64,000 bases of DNA, taken from a virus. Below are positions 20,001-29,245 of this stretch, in pieces. The notes under the pieces were generated by a model. That model had not been told where the DNA came from. It made no database searches and worked only from the letters and a program-made list of their open reading frames with translations. The translations under genes and the position numbers were made by a program. The DNA lies in the IMG/VR virus record IMGVR_UViG_3300017749_000005, positions 1 to 64,000 of that record. One strand, written 5' to 3'. Position 1 is the stretch's first letter; the number at the start of each line of letters is the position of its first letter.

Positions 20001-23000
20001 GTCCAACCTTTAATATAAGATGTTGTAAGTTCTGCTATTTGGTTTGAATTATAACCCGATTTTTTGAGTTTATCTAGAGTAGTTCCCGCTGCTATAGTAA
20101 TATTACTTGATAATGATTGACCTGACGAGTTTTTTGTTATTACTCCAGAATATGTATAATATCTTGAGCTACTTCCTTCGTAAGATATAGTTTTATATTC
20201 TTTAACTATAGATGGTTGATCATTAATTAATAATGTTACTGAGGAATTATCTGTTGTTATTATTTCTAAATTAGCTGAATTACCTATAGTTATGCTGGAT
20301 GATAATGTTATTTGAGTATTTAAAGCTTTATTAGGTACTAACTGTTCTTCTCCAGCTCTACCCATTATTATTGTTTTACCATTCTTAGGTGCGCCAGTAC
20401 TTTCTTGAAGTGAAGGATTAATATTAGAGTTATTAAAACTTAAAGTGTAAGAAGGTGGATTATTTGGTACATCATCACTTAAGTTAGTATTGTTATAGCT
20501 ATAGCTAGCTTTATTTATTACAACACCATCTATATAAACTTCAACTTCTTTCTGTATTGAAGGTCTAACGTTAAAACCAGAAGATTCTAAAACATTAAAA
20601 CTAACTATAGATCCATTACCAGTGAATTTAACTGACTCATTAAATACAGGTATTATAGGTACTGTTATAGCTGAAACAGTTACATCTCCATTTACAGCTT
20701 CGTCTATTATATAATCTCCAACCTTTATATTAGCAACACTAGGTTGTGTGCCTAAGTAAAGAGTTGTACCACTAGAAACACTAGTTCCCTCTACACACAA
20801 ATGTTGATAAAAAGAGTTTCTTCTAGTATTATTATGACAATACAAACGCCCGTACTTAAATGTAAAATAATTATTATTTAGAGAAAAACCAGCTTCAGGT
20901 AAGAAAGACTTAAAAGAAGTCCAACCATCAACTCTTTCGTCAAAACTTAAAGTATAATCACTTAGTGTTATATTGTATAGTCCTTTCTTTTCATTGTATG
21001 TACCTATTATTGAATTAGACAACAGTAGATTGTCATTAAACCAATCAGTCATACCTTTGGATGATACCTCTGTTATACCATCTCTAGAAAGCCTTAAAAC
21101 AGCTCCTCTAGCTTTGTCAGAAAAATAAATCCTATAAGCGTGAGATACAAAAGATTCAGGGTTTTTAGATATTCCAAACTCACCTAAATAAGGTATTGCT
21201 TGGCCTAATACTCTATTTGTTGAAAGTAAATTAGGATTTCCATCAGCATTAAATAAAGCATCTTTATTTGCTAATATTTTTAAAACTTTATCTTCACAAA
21301 AAGCTATTAAATCAGTATCTCTTACGTGTAGTTTTTGTATACTACCATACTCTGGATTTAAATCCTTAGTTATTTTCTCAGCCATTAAAAACTGATTTAA
21401 CCTATTAACGCCACCAGTAGAATTAAATATGCCTGAATATATAATACTACTTGGTTTTATTTCTTCTTTGTATTTTTCATTTAATACTGTTGACACTATA
21501 GGCCCTTTGTCTATAGTCATAGCATTAAAATCATCTCTTAACCTATTAGACTCTACTCCTTGCCCAAAACTATAACAATTAAACCAATCTAGAGTATGTT
21601 CTTGGCCATGTACTTGATTTTCAGCTATAATAATAGAAGCTGCGTTTGCATTGTAAGCAGTTTCACCTATTTTTATATTGAAAGAATATGAATCATCTGC
21701 TGCTGTAAATACTAGAGTTTGGCCAGCTAATAAACTACCATTATTTAATGGGGATAATATTATTTTATTTTTGCTTGAAGAATAAAAGCTAACAATTGTA
21801 TTATTTGCTATACCAGTTTGACCCGCTAAAGTAGTTACTTTTAAACCAGTTTTTAATATAGGTATTGCACTCGTAGCTTCATTATATATGTCTATGTCAA
21901 TAGACTCTAGTGGCTCAGTTTCAAATATTGCTGGATTATCAGAAGATATATCAGTCTCATCTAAACTTTCAGTTGAAACTAATTTTCTTAGTATATTTAT
22001 TTGAGTTATTCTTCCCTTAAGTTCATTAGCTCCAGTAATATTATATCTAAAGTCGTCATCGTAGGTTTTTGTAATACCATCTACTTTTTCAAATTCAATA
22101 GTATAGTTTCTTCTTTTACCAGCTGTTCTTTTTTTTCTTGAATTATTTTTATGTCTATAGTTATGCTCTACTGTAGCACTTTTAACTCTATAAGGACTTC
22201 CAACTTCTCCTGCCTCATTTTGAAATTGTATTATAGTACTTTTATTTTGAGTTAGTTCTTTTTCAAAAGCGTTAACAGTAAAATCTGGTTGATGACTAGT
22301 GTCTTTGTCTCCAGGAAGATCAACTCCAGCTAAATATATAGTAAAACTATTTCCTCCTAATTCTGGATGTCTCGGTGTATTACTTACATCACCCGCACCT
22401 TTTGGATCTGTCCAACAAAATTCTGACTTACTACTTTTTTTGTCACCTTGGGGATCACTTGAAGCAGCTTCTACTATTTGTTGATCTCTAACTATTACAT
22501 ATTCAGTTACTACTGAAGGAAATGTTTCTACAATTGAAGTATCAAATAAGTTGTCTCTATTTATTTTAGCAAAAAATCTTCCAAAAAATTCCGACTTATT
22601 TTTTTTGGTCTTACCAAATATATTTATACTATATTCTTCACCACCATTGCCATTACTGTTTAAAAAAACAGATGTTGTACCTTCTTCAGAACTAGTGGCT
22701 AACAGCGTTTCGCTTTCTGATTCATCAAAAGAGTTTTTTAGCTCTACTTGATATATCTCTAAACCATTAGCATCAGTTTTTCCTGTTCCTCCACCTTTTT
22801 TAATATCATACTTTTTCGTTATACCATTAGATGTTGTTATTGCTATAGAATTTTCAGAATTAAAACTTCTATAAAAAGTAGGATTTTCTACATCGGTAGG
22901 ACCTAAAAATTGAAAACTTATAGACTTAACCCTTGGTTCATTGTTTAATCCATTATTATAAATACTTTTAACAGTAGCCACGGATAAAGATTTTAACTCT

Positions 23001-24961
23001 TCAGATATATAACTAGGTACTTCGTTTGATATATCTAATATTTTATATTTACCCGGTTCGCTTACAAATGTATCTTTGTCGTGTTGCTTTTTAAGGTAGA
23101 TGTAAGAATCTACTGTTATTTTATTTCTTTCCGAAGAAGGAAACGAAAGCCAAACATTGCCGTCTTCAGCTAAATAAAACCTGTCTAAAGCTAGATTATA
23201 ATATTCGCTAGAACTTTCTTTTATAAAATACTTAAAGTGAGTAGCAAAAGCAGGAGCTAAGTTACTTAATCTACATTTTAATGAATTTTTTTTATCTGCA
23301 TCACTTTTTTGTACCTTAACAGCTGCATCTTTATTTGTAAATACTGGTGTTTCTCTACCATATTTATCTAAATAAACAACACCTGTTTGATATGTTCTTT
23401 GTGATTTTAATGATTTTTCTGGATACCCAATTGTTGATATTTTATTAGATATTATTTTAGTGAAAATATCAGGAAGTCTAGTATTATCTATGTTATAACC
23501 TTGTTTGTAATTACCATATAATACTCTATTTGAACTTATTTCTTGAGATTTAGCTGTTAATGGAATAGCATCCCAAGGTCTAAGTATTTGATTAGACTCT
23601 ATTATATCACCTACTATTTCGTTAGTTATATTATATGGAAACTTAGATTCAACGTCTTCTGCTTTTATTCTATCAACTACAAATATGTTATCATTATTAG
23701 ATTCTTTGTATAAAAGCTCTACCTCAACAACACCATTAGCTATTTTTTCTATACTATCTAATGTTAATATTCTTGTTGTATTTATCATTCCAACGTTAAA
23801 TCCATCAGAAGATTTATACTTAAATTCAGATGGAAGAAAAGCAATTTCAGAAAATGGAGATAGTGTTGAATACTCTCCGTCTATATATTTCCATCTATGT
23901 GAGAATCTTACAAATTTATTCTCAAATAAAGGCTCGTCTTCCTTAAGAGAAATATCCCATTTTTTAGTACCAAAAGGAACTTCATCTGGTATTGATTGTA
24001 TACTAGCTTTTAATGTTTTAAAATTATTTTCTTCATCAACTATGGACACTGTTATTTCGTAGTATTTATCACCATTTATGGGATCTTCAACTTCATGAGT
24101 CAACTTTAGTCTATCTTTAAGACGATAATCACCTTGAATATTTAAATTTATAGTAATTATATCACCTGGTTTTAGATTAACTGTATCACTATTTCCAGTA
24201 GAGGTAAAAGAAGCGATATTACTTGATAAAGGTCTTGTTGTTGTACCTAGTCCAGTTCTTTTTGAAGAGCTAAAAGATATTTTTGGTGCATAGTTTGGTG
24301 AAAGCTTAATAGCTGTAATATCTGATTCTATAAAATCAGAAAAATTATTTAAGCTAAAGCCTTCTTCTGCTGTATTTAACACTGGATACTTAGTATGTGT
24401 TTCAAATTGAGCAGCTCCATTAACAGTACAACCTGCTTTAAAAGTTTTTATATTTATTTTTTTAGGTTCTGTTTTGTTGTCAGTCCACAATAACAGTCCA
24501 TTTATGATATTAATGCCTGTTATTAAGTTGTCTTTACTAAAATTAAGTATGTTTTTTACATCAACAAGTACTGGCTGAATTTCATCTGTTATATCGTTAT
24601 ATTCAAGTATTGCGCTTGCGGTATTAATACTACTACTATCTATGTTTGTGTATGAGTAAGTTATAAACCAATAAACTTTATCATTTTGAGTGTCTACTAT
24701 ATGCCCAACACAAAAGGGATTATGCAAATCAAAATAATTTGAGTCTGCGGTCCATTTGTCAAGTACTTTTGTAATTGGATTGTAATACTTTCCAGTCTTT
24801 AAACTAGTACCTATTACGTTTTGCACGGTTCCAACGTTGGATCCATCAGATGTAGCTATCTCTATATTTTGAGCATCTCTATACTCTCCATTAGGCAACA
24901 GCCTCTCATCAAGATCTTTATTCATACGACCTTTACGAAAGTGATGTTTTAATTCCGGCAT
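17045..24961 (-). CDS. Giant 2638-aa tail-associated structural protein (nozzle / tubular-B-like N-terminal part fused to a long beta-rich extension)
   Basis: One uninterrupted 7.9-kb ORF downstream of capsid and adaptor-size genes. The N-terminus GRMNKDLDERLLPNGEYRDAQNIE, LLWTDN, and the later DGWTSFKSFLPE..YFTFKYGRLYCHNN resemble podovirus tail-hub proteins as I recall them. The C-terminal ~1400 aa is S/T/N/G-rich, beta-like sequence. Confidence 0.55.
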   Translation of the reverse strand: MPELKHHFRKGRMNKDLDERLLPNGEYRDAQNIEIATSDGSNVGTVQNVIGTSLKTGKYYNPITKVLDKWTADSNYFDLHNPFCVGHIVDTQNDKVYWFITYSYTNIDSSSINTASAILEYNDITDEIQPVLVDVKNILNFSKDNLITGINIINGLLLWTDNKTEPKKINIKTFKAGCTVNGAAQFETHTKYPVLNTAEEGFSLNNFSDFIESDITAIKLSPNYAPKISFSSSKRTGLGTTTRPLSSNIASFTSTGNSDTVNLKPGDIITINLNIQGDYRLKDRLKLTHEVEDPINGDKYYEITVSIVDEENNFKTLKASIQSIPDEVPFGTKKWDISLKEDEPLFENKFVRFSHRWKYIDGEYSTLSPFSEIAFLPSEFKYKSSDGFNVGMINTTRILTLDSIEKIANGVVEVELLYKESNNDNIFVVDRIKAEDVESKFPYNITNEIVGDIIESNQILRPWDAIPLTAKSQEISSNRVLYGNYKQGYNIDNTRLPDIFTKIISNKISTIGYPEKSLKSQRTYQTGVVYLDKYGRETPVFTNKDAAVKVQKSDADKKNSLKCRLSNLAPAFATHFKYFIKESSSEYYNLALDRFYLAEDGNVWLSFPSSERNKITVDSYIYLKKQHDKDTFVSEPGKYKILDISNEVPSYISEELKSLSVATVKSIYNNGLNNEPRVKSISFQFLGPTDVENPTFYRSFNSENSIAITTSNGITKKYDIKKGGGTGKTDANGLEIYQVELKNSFDESESETLLATSSEEGTTSVFLNSNGNGGEEYSINIFGKTKKNKSEFFGRFFAKINRDNLFDTSIVETFPSVVTEYVIVRDQQIVEAASSDPQGDKKSSKSEFCWTDPKGAGDVSNTPRHPELGGNSFTIYLAGVDLPGDKDTSHQPDFTVNAFEKELTQNKSTIIQFQNEAGEVGSPYRVKSATVEHNYRHKNNSRKKRTAGKRRNYTIEFEKVDGITKTYDDDFRYNITGANELKGRITQINILRKLVSTESLDETDISSDNPAIFETEPLESIDIDIYNEATSAIPILKTGLKVTTLAGQTGIANNTIVSFYSSSKNKIILSPLNNGSLLAGQTLVFTAADDSYSFNIKIGETAYNANAASIIIAENQVHGQEHTLDWFNCYSFGQGVESNRLRDDFNAMTIDKGPIVSTVLNEKYKEEIKPSSIIYSGIFNSTGGVNRLNQFLMAEKITKDLNPEYGSIQKLHVRDTDLIAFCEDKVLKILANKDALFNADGNPNLLSTNRVLGQAIPYLGEFGISKNPESFVSHAYRIYFSDKARGAVLRLSRDGITEVSSKGMTDWFNDNLLLSNSIIGTYNEKKGLYNITLSDYTLSFDERVDGWTSFKSFLPEAGFSLNNNYFTFKYGRLYCHNNTRRNSFYQHLCVEGTSVSSGTTLYLGTQPSVANIKVGDYIIDEAVNGDVTVSAITVPIIPVFNESVKFTGNGSIVSFNVLESSGFNVRPSIQKEVEVYIDGVVINKASYSYNNTNLSDDVPNNPPSYTLSFNNSNINPSLQESTGAPKNGKTIIMGRAGEEQLVPNKALNTQITLSSSITIGNSANLEIITTDNSSVTLLINDQPSIVKEYKTISYEGSSSRYYTYSGVITKNSSGQSLSSNITIAAGTTLDKLKKSGYNSNQIAELTTSYIKGWTGSSVKTNIQSGNVLSFKEKEGLWSNFITGDVTSSSNIDTKELSVQGLGTFTLMTGDTVITQKKITVSMTNASSNHNTIVSDTKVIYGEPGSAIANVQLTIEPVLGYKIFAYQMGASVLRGSNAVTFLQDGKNVIATFSFSINHPSSDQSYVNDLTGVATPIYYSVSGFYNTHETNTTTDSRDLGRFQNNHGIYNTAPMLVFAKIFIASDNYFFPSASSISGIIEQQDDNDISGYTITNNWATTTQDTALGSSNSVNVTLSGTNNLIEVGMAVTGVNLGKNIRVAAINNSSLTLSAAKSIEAGTTLTFTSAKVTVQVKYVFGTNNPTQDVITLTATAAEVFDPGVSELTSFDGTNKTILNKGEDRTMIVSGSTGYVSKVNPYFTFSNEVTCTLATFSQTTTSIVHATFGNLTATPRPKMEITGAMFPPGSYINYTSVNSITGIITAFIILGSSGNISPSIGQNIYLKQYWNGTEFVSTKSIAAETILLLPDSGRYPITIKYDQSSTTNSFNYFIRPINVINNNIVSGLLSSDFSGSAINTRDSNNNVVHASFLVHQYKLPTISIVATNTNSTTATGTDSNNYVKLRNLNDATVVDSNGHASGLDSIVLSAVNSEIKPGMLVFGNNIQAYTRVVSTSSDGSKTTINIDKVPKNSSFANVAIADAAELTFGDNGQYHAYGEPVPGSFASEVFFRVIAKAEGTALLAKTTNALPITNSDLKPEEFEASVSSYNTSSRTFTLTATLDSNVAIGMLVSSSSFDDTYVISSISSNSFVVNAVGLNGSNPNDFQSSIVGSSIIINASLSANDPFWDFNFEDLTESLSSTSAGNKYILQGRISVSKYGINDLQIPINLNSILTATIGSTQNNNNATVTDIFIQKTFSSSFYIDFFTFTPKKVAVGSSGQISGSGSVTGTFHGNTINMIGLALGPSTLGFTTTINNFIFTSSFSGNAGNQSRTLTFNAVFNLSSTVSSTTVLRLNPQITLQVEP

Positions 24962-24964
24962 ATT

Positions 24965-26116
24965 TTAGTGTTTAATTTGCTTTGATTTATTTCTCATTAT
25001 TTGAGTTATTTCCTCGGACTTGAGGTTAGATAGTCTAAGTTTTGCAACTCTTTTAGAAGCAAACTTTTCTTTCTTTAATCTATTAACCAGATATTCAGGT
25101 ACATTAGATTTAGTTGCAACTATGGCATGTATTAAATATTTATACATTGCATCCTCTGCAAACTTATGTATAACCATCTCGCTATCGGTTCCGAGACCAT
25201 CAGTTATATATTTTAATGTTACAGTTTTATATGCTATACCAGAGCTAAAATACATAACACCTTTAAGCGGATCTATAAAAAAAGATCCATTTAACTGAGC
25301 ATATTCAGGTGTTAAACCAAATTTTTTACCTGACAAAGGTTGATCTATAGCATTTAAATTATTTTTATCCTCTTCAGCACTTGACTTAATTCCACCTGAT
25401 TTATAAGTATCCCAAGTTGTTGAATCAAATGATTTTTGAAGATTTCCAGCACTGTCATATATATATTTAAAATTAGAATCTTGCAATATAGCTAATGGAT
25501 TACTAGTATTTCTAGTAGGATATATTATTCTTTCAACACCAGACGAGTCTTTCCATGTTAATTTTACATAATTAACATAGTCTTGAGGTAGTGGCATTGT
25601 GAGTGATGGAGGTATTTCTATTTCTTGAGATTTAGTTGATTTAAAAGTGTCATAACTAAACTCTTGTATTGCTCTTTGAGCATGAAATGCTATGTCAGAT
25701 CTTTTAACTTTTGTAACTATTTTGTCTTCACCCACATAGGATACAATAAAGTTACTTATAACATCATCTATACCTATAAACTGGTAATTACCATATTGTT
25801 CGCTTGCACCAACTTGTCTTACTAATATCTTATTATTTGTTATAGGAGCTGCATTAGCATTATTATTTACCGCTACTTGTAGTGTTAAATTAATACTAGC
25901 AAACAAAAACGTTAATACTCCAGTATTAGCCACATATGAGTAATTAGCTGGGTTTATTAATTTATCACTTATAAAAACTTCAAAATCAGATTTTGCAGAA
26001 GGTAAAGGATCAAAATGTAATGTATTTAATGTAAAAGCAAACGTTGTACTATCACCAGTGAATGTTTGCGATTGATTATAGTATGATTCTTGAGTTGTTG
26101 TTCCTAATAATCCCAT
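24965..26116 (-). CDS. 383-aa structural-module protein
   Basis: Tightly packed between the adaptor-size gene and the 2638-aa gene. No motif recognised. Confidence 0.5.
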   Translation of the reverse strand: MGLLGTTTQESYYNQSQTFTGDSTTFAFTLNTLHFDPLPSAKSDFEVFISDKLINPANYSYVANTGVLTFLFASINLTLQVAVNNNANAAPITNNKILVRQVGASEQYGNYQFIGIDDVISNFIVSYVGEDKIVTKVKRSDIAFHAQRAIQEFSYDTFKSTKSQEIEIPPSLTMPLPQDYVNYVKLTWKDSSGVERIIYPTRNTSNPLAILQDSNFKYIYDSAGNLQKSFDSTTWDTYKSGGIKSSAEEDKNNLNAIDQPLSGKKFGLTPEYAQLNGSFFIDPLKGVMYFSSGIAYKTVTLKYITDGLGTDSEMVIHKFAEDAMYKYLIHAIVATKSNVPEYLVNRLKKEKFASKRVAKLRLSNLKSEEITQIMRNKSKQIKH

Positions 26117-26119
26117 TTA

Positions 26120-26836
26120 TTATGCTTTTTCTTGTTGTACATTCTTTATTTCTTCTTGAGAAGATATTTGGTATAAACTAGGATCTTTTATAACAACGCC
26201 AGCTAAAGTTAATATTTTAATAACTAAAACAGTTTCTTCTGACTCGTGTAATTCAAAACTAACACTATTGTTAGCATTATTTAAAGTTTCACCACCCACT
26301 ATAGTATATCCCCAAGAAACCTCAATTGGTTTTTTAATATAATTATATGACAGATTTGTCATGGTTAATGTAGATGGAAATACCTGAATAGACGTAGATG
26401 TTTTATCTATAAATATTGGTCTTTTTGCTGATGGATGAGTTAATGGAGATAGATGTATATTTGTTAACTCTTTTTTAGTTACCTCTTCAACTTCATAATC
26501 AATACCACTAACAGTATAATAAACCTCACCTAATTTATATATATTAGATTCTTTAGTTATAGTATTAGTATCACTAATATCATTAGATACAACAGGGTTT
26601 TTGAAGACTTTAAATATCTCCATTTTTTCTTCTAGTAAATCTACAGAATCAGAGTACTCATTTTCATAAGTTGGTAATCTACTCAACTGACCCAAATCAT
26701 AAAAGTATTGATTAAAAATATCTAATTGTGCTTGGTTAGCTAACAAGTTAAACTCTAAAGGTGTTATATAACCTCTTTGTTCTTTATTAGACATAGCCAA
26801 TACTCTTTGATATACCGTATCTATATTTACTGCCAT
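26120..26836 (-). CDS. 238-aa structural protein, possible tail adaptor / tubular-A-like (positional)
   Basis: Its position two genes after the capsid gene and its size are compatible with a podovirus gp11-like protein. No strong motif. Confidence 0.35.
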   Translation of the reverse strand: MAVNIDTVYQRVLAMSNKEQRGYITPLEFNLLANQAQLDIFNQYFYDLGQLSRLPTYENEYSDSVDLLEEKMEIFKVFKNPVVSNDISDTNTITKESNIYKLGEVYYTVSGIDYEVEEVTKKELTNIHLSPLTHPSAKRPIFIDKTSTSIQVFPSTLTMTNLSYNYIKKPIEVSWGYTIVGGETLNNANNSVSFELHESEETVLVIKILTLAGVVIKDPSLYQISSQEEIKNVQQEKA

Positions 26837-26855
26837 AATTTTTTATTTTGTATTA

Positions 26856-26883
26856 GTTAGGTCACCATTATAGATGACCTAAC
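26856..26883 (-). other. Intergenic 9-bp-stem hairpin (GTTAGGTCA-N10-TGACCTAAC)
   Basis: A perfect 9-bp stem in the 60-nt gap between 26897.. and ..26836. No U tract follows it in the - sense, so it is not a canonical terminator. It may be an RNA processing or stability element. Confidence 0.3.
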
Positions 26884-26896
26884 TTCTACATGGATG

Positions 26897-27715
26897 TTAC
26901 TCCTTTAATCGTTTCTCAATATTAGAGTATATTTCCATACCCTCATCTGTTTTAAAGAAAGCTGCTAAAGCAGAATATGGATGTTCATCAAAAGGAACAG
27001 TCATAATTTTTCTTCCATTACTACCCCAAGTAAAATTTCTTTGATCTTGTGATAGATTAATAATACCACTTTCAGTAGCTTTTATACCAAAGTTTCTTAA
27101 TTGAACATTATCATCAGAAACCAACTCTAAGAACAAATCTGGGTTTGACTTAGCAAACAGCAGTAAATCTCTCTTAAGCTCCTTAGAACTCATCTTATCA
27201 ACTTCAGATCCAACCTCTACACGCATAACAGCTTCAGCCATATCTATGTCTAAGTTCTTAGCGGCGTTTAAAGCATCAATTTGCATTTCTAGATCTACTA
27301 ATTCGTCTTGTGCTATTTTTGAAGGTATAAATTCTTCAAATTCACTGTCTTTTTGTGGGTGGTAAAGTGATAGTAGTTTTTGAAGAGTAGTTTTTTCTCT
27401 AGAAACAAATAATACTCCATTTTCAAATACTATTCTACCTAACAAATGATCACCTTTCATTTCATCAACAAATGGTGTTTTTTGATTTATAGTATACTTT
27501 AATTCTCTTTCATAACCCTTTTCTTCATCAAACCAGTATATACCACTAGTTTTCATTGCATATGTCAAGGGTGATAAATTATGTTTTAATATATATTGCC
27601 TATCTTTTATTTCCCAAGAGTTTCTATTAACTTCTTTTGTTTTTCTAATAGGTAGTTCTTGCTCAAGAACACCAGTATCCACCGATGATTCTTTAATTAC
27701 TTGTTTTTTAGCCAT
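26897..27715 (-). CDS. 272-aa protein downstream of the capsid gene (head-associated candidate)
   Basis: The track ORF is trimmed to the ATG at 27715 (MAKKQVIKESS...). The longer form would run through the post-capsid terminator hairpin. Confidence 0.55.
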   Translation of the reverse strand: MAKKQVIKESSVDTGVLEQELPIRKTKEVNRNSWEIKDRQYILKHNLSPLTYAMKTSGIYWFDEEKGYERELKYTINQKTPFVDEMKGDHLLGRIVFENGVLFVSREKTTLQKLLSLYHPQKDSEFEEFIPSKIAQDELVDLEMQIDALNAAKNLDIDMAEAVMRVEVGSEVDKMSSKELKRDLLLFAKSNPDLFLELVSDDNVQLRNFGIKATESGIINLSQDQRNFTWGSNGRKIMTVPFDEHPYSALAAFFKTDEGMEIYSNIEKRLKE

Positions 27716-27740
27716 AATATGATATAATATAATAAGTGTA

Positions 27741-27771
27741 AAAATTACCCTCATCCATTAGACGAGGGTAA
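27741..27771 (-). terminator. Intrinsic terminator/attenuator immediately after the major capsid gene
   Basis: In the - sense: TTACCCTC-N11-GAGGGTAA (8-bp stem) followed by TTTT. It lies 20 nt after the capsid stop codon. Confidence 0.7.
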
Positions 27772-27790
27772 TTATTATAATAATTGTTTG

Positions 27791-29233
27791 TTATTTAATT
27801 AACATGAAGTTATTAGCCCCTTGAGTAACCAAACATCTTTCAGAGAGGTAATGTACTTCCATTACATCTTTTCCAGAAGTTTGTGCTCCAACAGAACCAG
27901 TAACCCAAGTCTTAAGTTTACGGTCATCGGTCTCAGAAGATCTATAACGAACATGCAAGAAAGGACGTTTTAAATTCTTTCCTAGTTGCTCATCATAAAC
28001 AGTAGAAGTACCAGCTGGTACAATTACACCACGAATAGCACCTGTGCCAGAGTTTGCATTAATAAATCCTCTAGTTCCCTTGTCATTCAAATACTTCCAA
28101 TCAGTCTTATAAAAATCATAAGATCCTCTACGGAAACCTGAAAAACCAAGATTTAATGCCATGTCTTCAGAGTTATCAAAAACTCCAAAAGAAGTGCCAT
28201 TAGCAACGTGAGCATTTACTCCACCTAACATGTCATCAACTAAAAGTGCTGTTGATCGGTTCAAGAACATCATATTCTCTTCAATAGCACCTTGTGAATC
28301 AAAAGTAGCTAAAATAGAATCAAAATTACCTAAATTAGCTGCAGCTGATCCACTTCCAGTATTATTTACGTCAGTAGTCACATGGCCACGAGCTGTAATA
28401 GCAGCAAATAATCCTTCAGTACCACTTTCTCCAGCGCCTTTATCAGTACCACCGATTGCTCCGGCAGTTACATCATTTAGCTCACTTTCCATCATAGACA
28501 TTTCAAGATAATCAGCAAACCTAGCTCTAGTATCACCTTCAGCTTTCAAGTACCATAAGTATCCTGACTGACCTTCTTCTCCAGTAACCTCAACCCAACC
28601 AATGGCTGATGTATCAGAACCAGAAACTTCATAGAAGTCCTTCATAATAAGATGCTTATTTGAATAACTCTTAAACTGAGGAGCATTAGCTGAATCTCTT
28701 CCATCTGTTCCTTTATTAAATTCAGAACCAAATACTAATAGATGAACGACAGCACTATCAGCAAAAGCAGATCCAGTACCTAAATTTGCTATTCCGTAAG
28801 GAAGAACAGTTATTCTTGCAGCACCTGCAGTTCTAACTGAAACATAAGCTTTTATAGTTATGTTACCATCAGAAATCATTACTGTATCACCCACTCTAAT
28901 ACCGTGATCAGTTGTTACACCGTTTCCATCTACGTCGTGTGTGATATCTATTGTATTACCAGCTGCGGATACTACTGCTGCTTTATAAGCCAAGTGTAGT
29001 CTACCTTGCTCTGACCAGACTACACTGTCTGACTGCGAGGCTTCTTCAGCTCCAATCTGAGATAAAAATCCAGAAATTGTCCTTTTTCCATAAATCTCAG
29101 CTTCTTTTTCCATTAAATCTGGTAGGTACTGTTGTTCCCAACCAGTTGAACCATCTGTGAAATCAAGATAGTTAGTTGATAGTGTTTGTTTGCGTGGTGC
29201 CGCGTCGGGCCCAGCTGCGCTTGTTATTGACAT
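27791..29233 (-). CDS. Major capsid protein
   Basis: 480 aa, directly after the scaffold-like gene in the order terL-portal-scaffold-capsid. Local GC and codon quality are higher than in neighbours, and a terminator follows. Confidence 0.75.
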   Translation of the reverse strand: MSITSAAGPDAAPRKQTLSTNYLDFTDGSTGWEQQYLPDLMEKEAEIYGKRTISGFLSQIGAEEASQSDSVVWSEQGRLHLAYKAAVVSAAGNTIDITHDVDGNGVTTDHGIRVGDTVMISDGNITIKAYVSVRTAGAARITVLPYGIANLGTGSAFADSAVVHLLVFGSEFNKGTDGRDSANAPQFKSYSNKHLIMKDFYEVSGSDTSAIGWVEVTGEEGQSGYLWYLKAEGDTRARFADYLEMSMMESELNDVTAGAIGGTDKGAGESGTEGLFAAITARGHVTTDVNNTGSGSAAANLGNFDSILATFDSQGAIEENMMFLNRSTALLVDDMLGGVNAHVANGTSFGVFDNSEDMALNLGFSGFRRGSYDFYKTDWKYLNDKGTRGFINANSGTGAIRGVIVPAGTSTVYDEQLGKNLKRPFLHVRYRSSETDDRKLKTWVTGSVGAQTSGKDVMEVHYLSERCLVTQGANNFMLIK

Positions 29234-29245
29234 AGTTGTATGTTT

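Noticed and set aside
6029-24062. Numerous 60-125-aa + strand ORFs inside the two giant - strand genes (e.g. 6029.., 7784.., 11299.., 12248.., 17991.., 23685..)
   Set aside because: They are antisense to uninterrupted 7.7-kb and 7.9-kb ORFs. Their composition is Ser/Leu/Phe-rich and they show no coupling or motifs.
26856-26883. Hairpin between 26897.. and ..26836 as a terminator
   Set aside because: The stem is a perfect 9 bp, but in the transcribed (-) sense it is followed by an A-rich rather than a U-rich tract. I listed it only as a possible RNA element.
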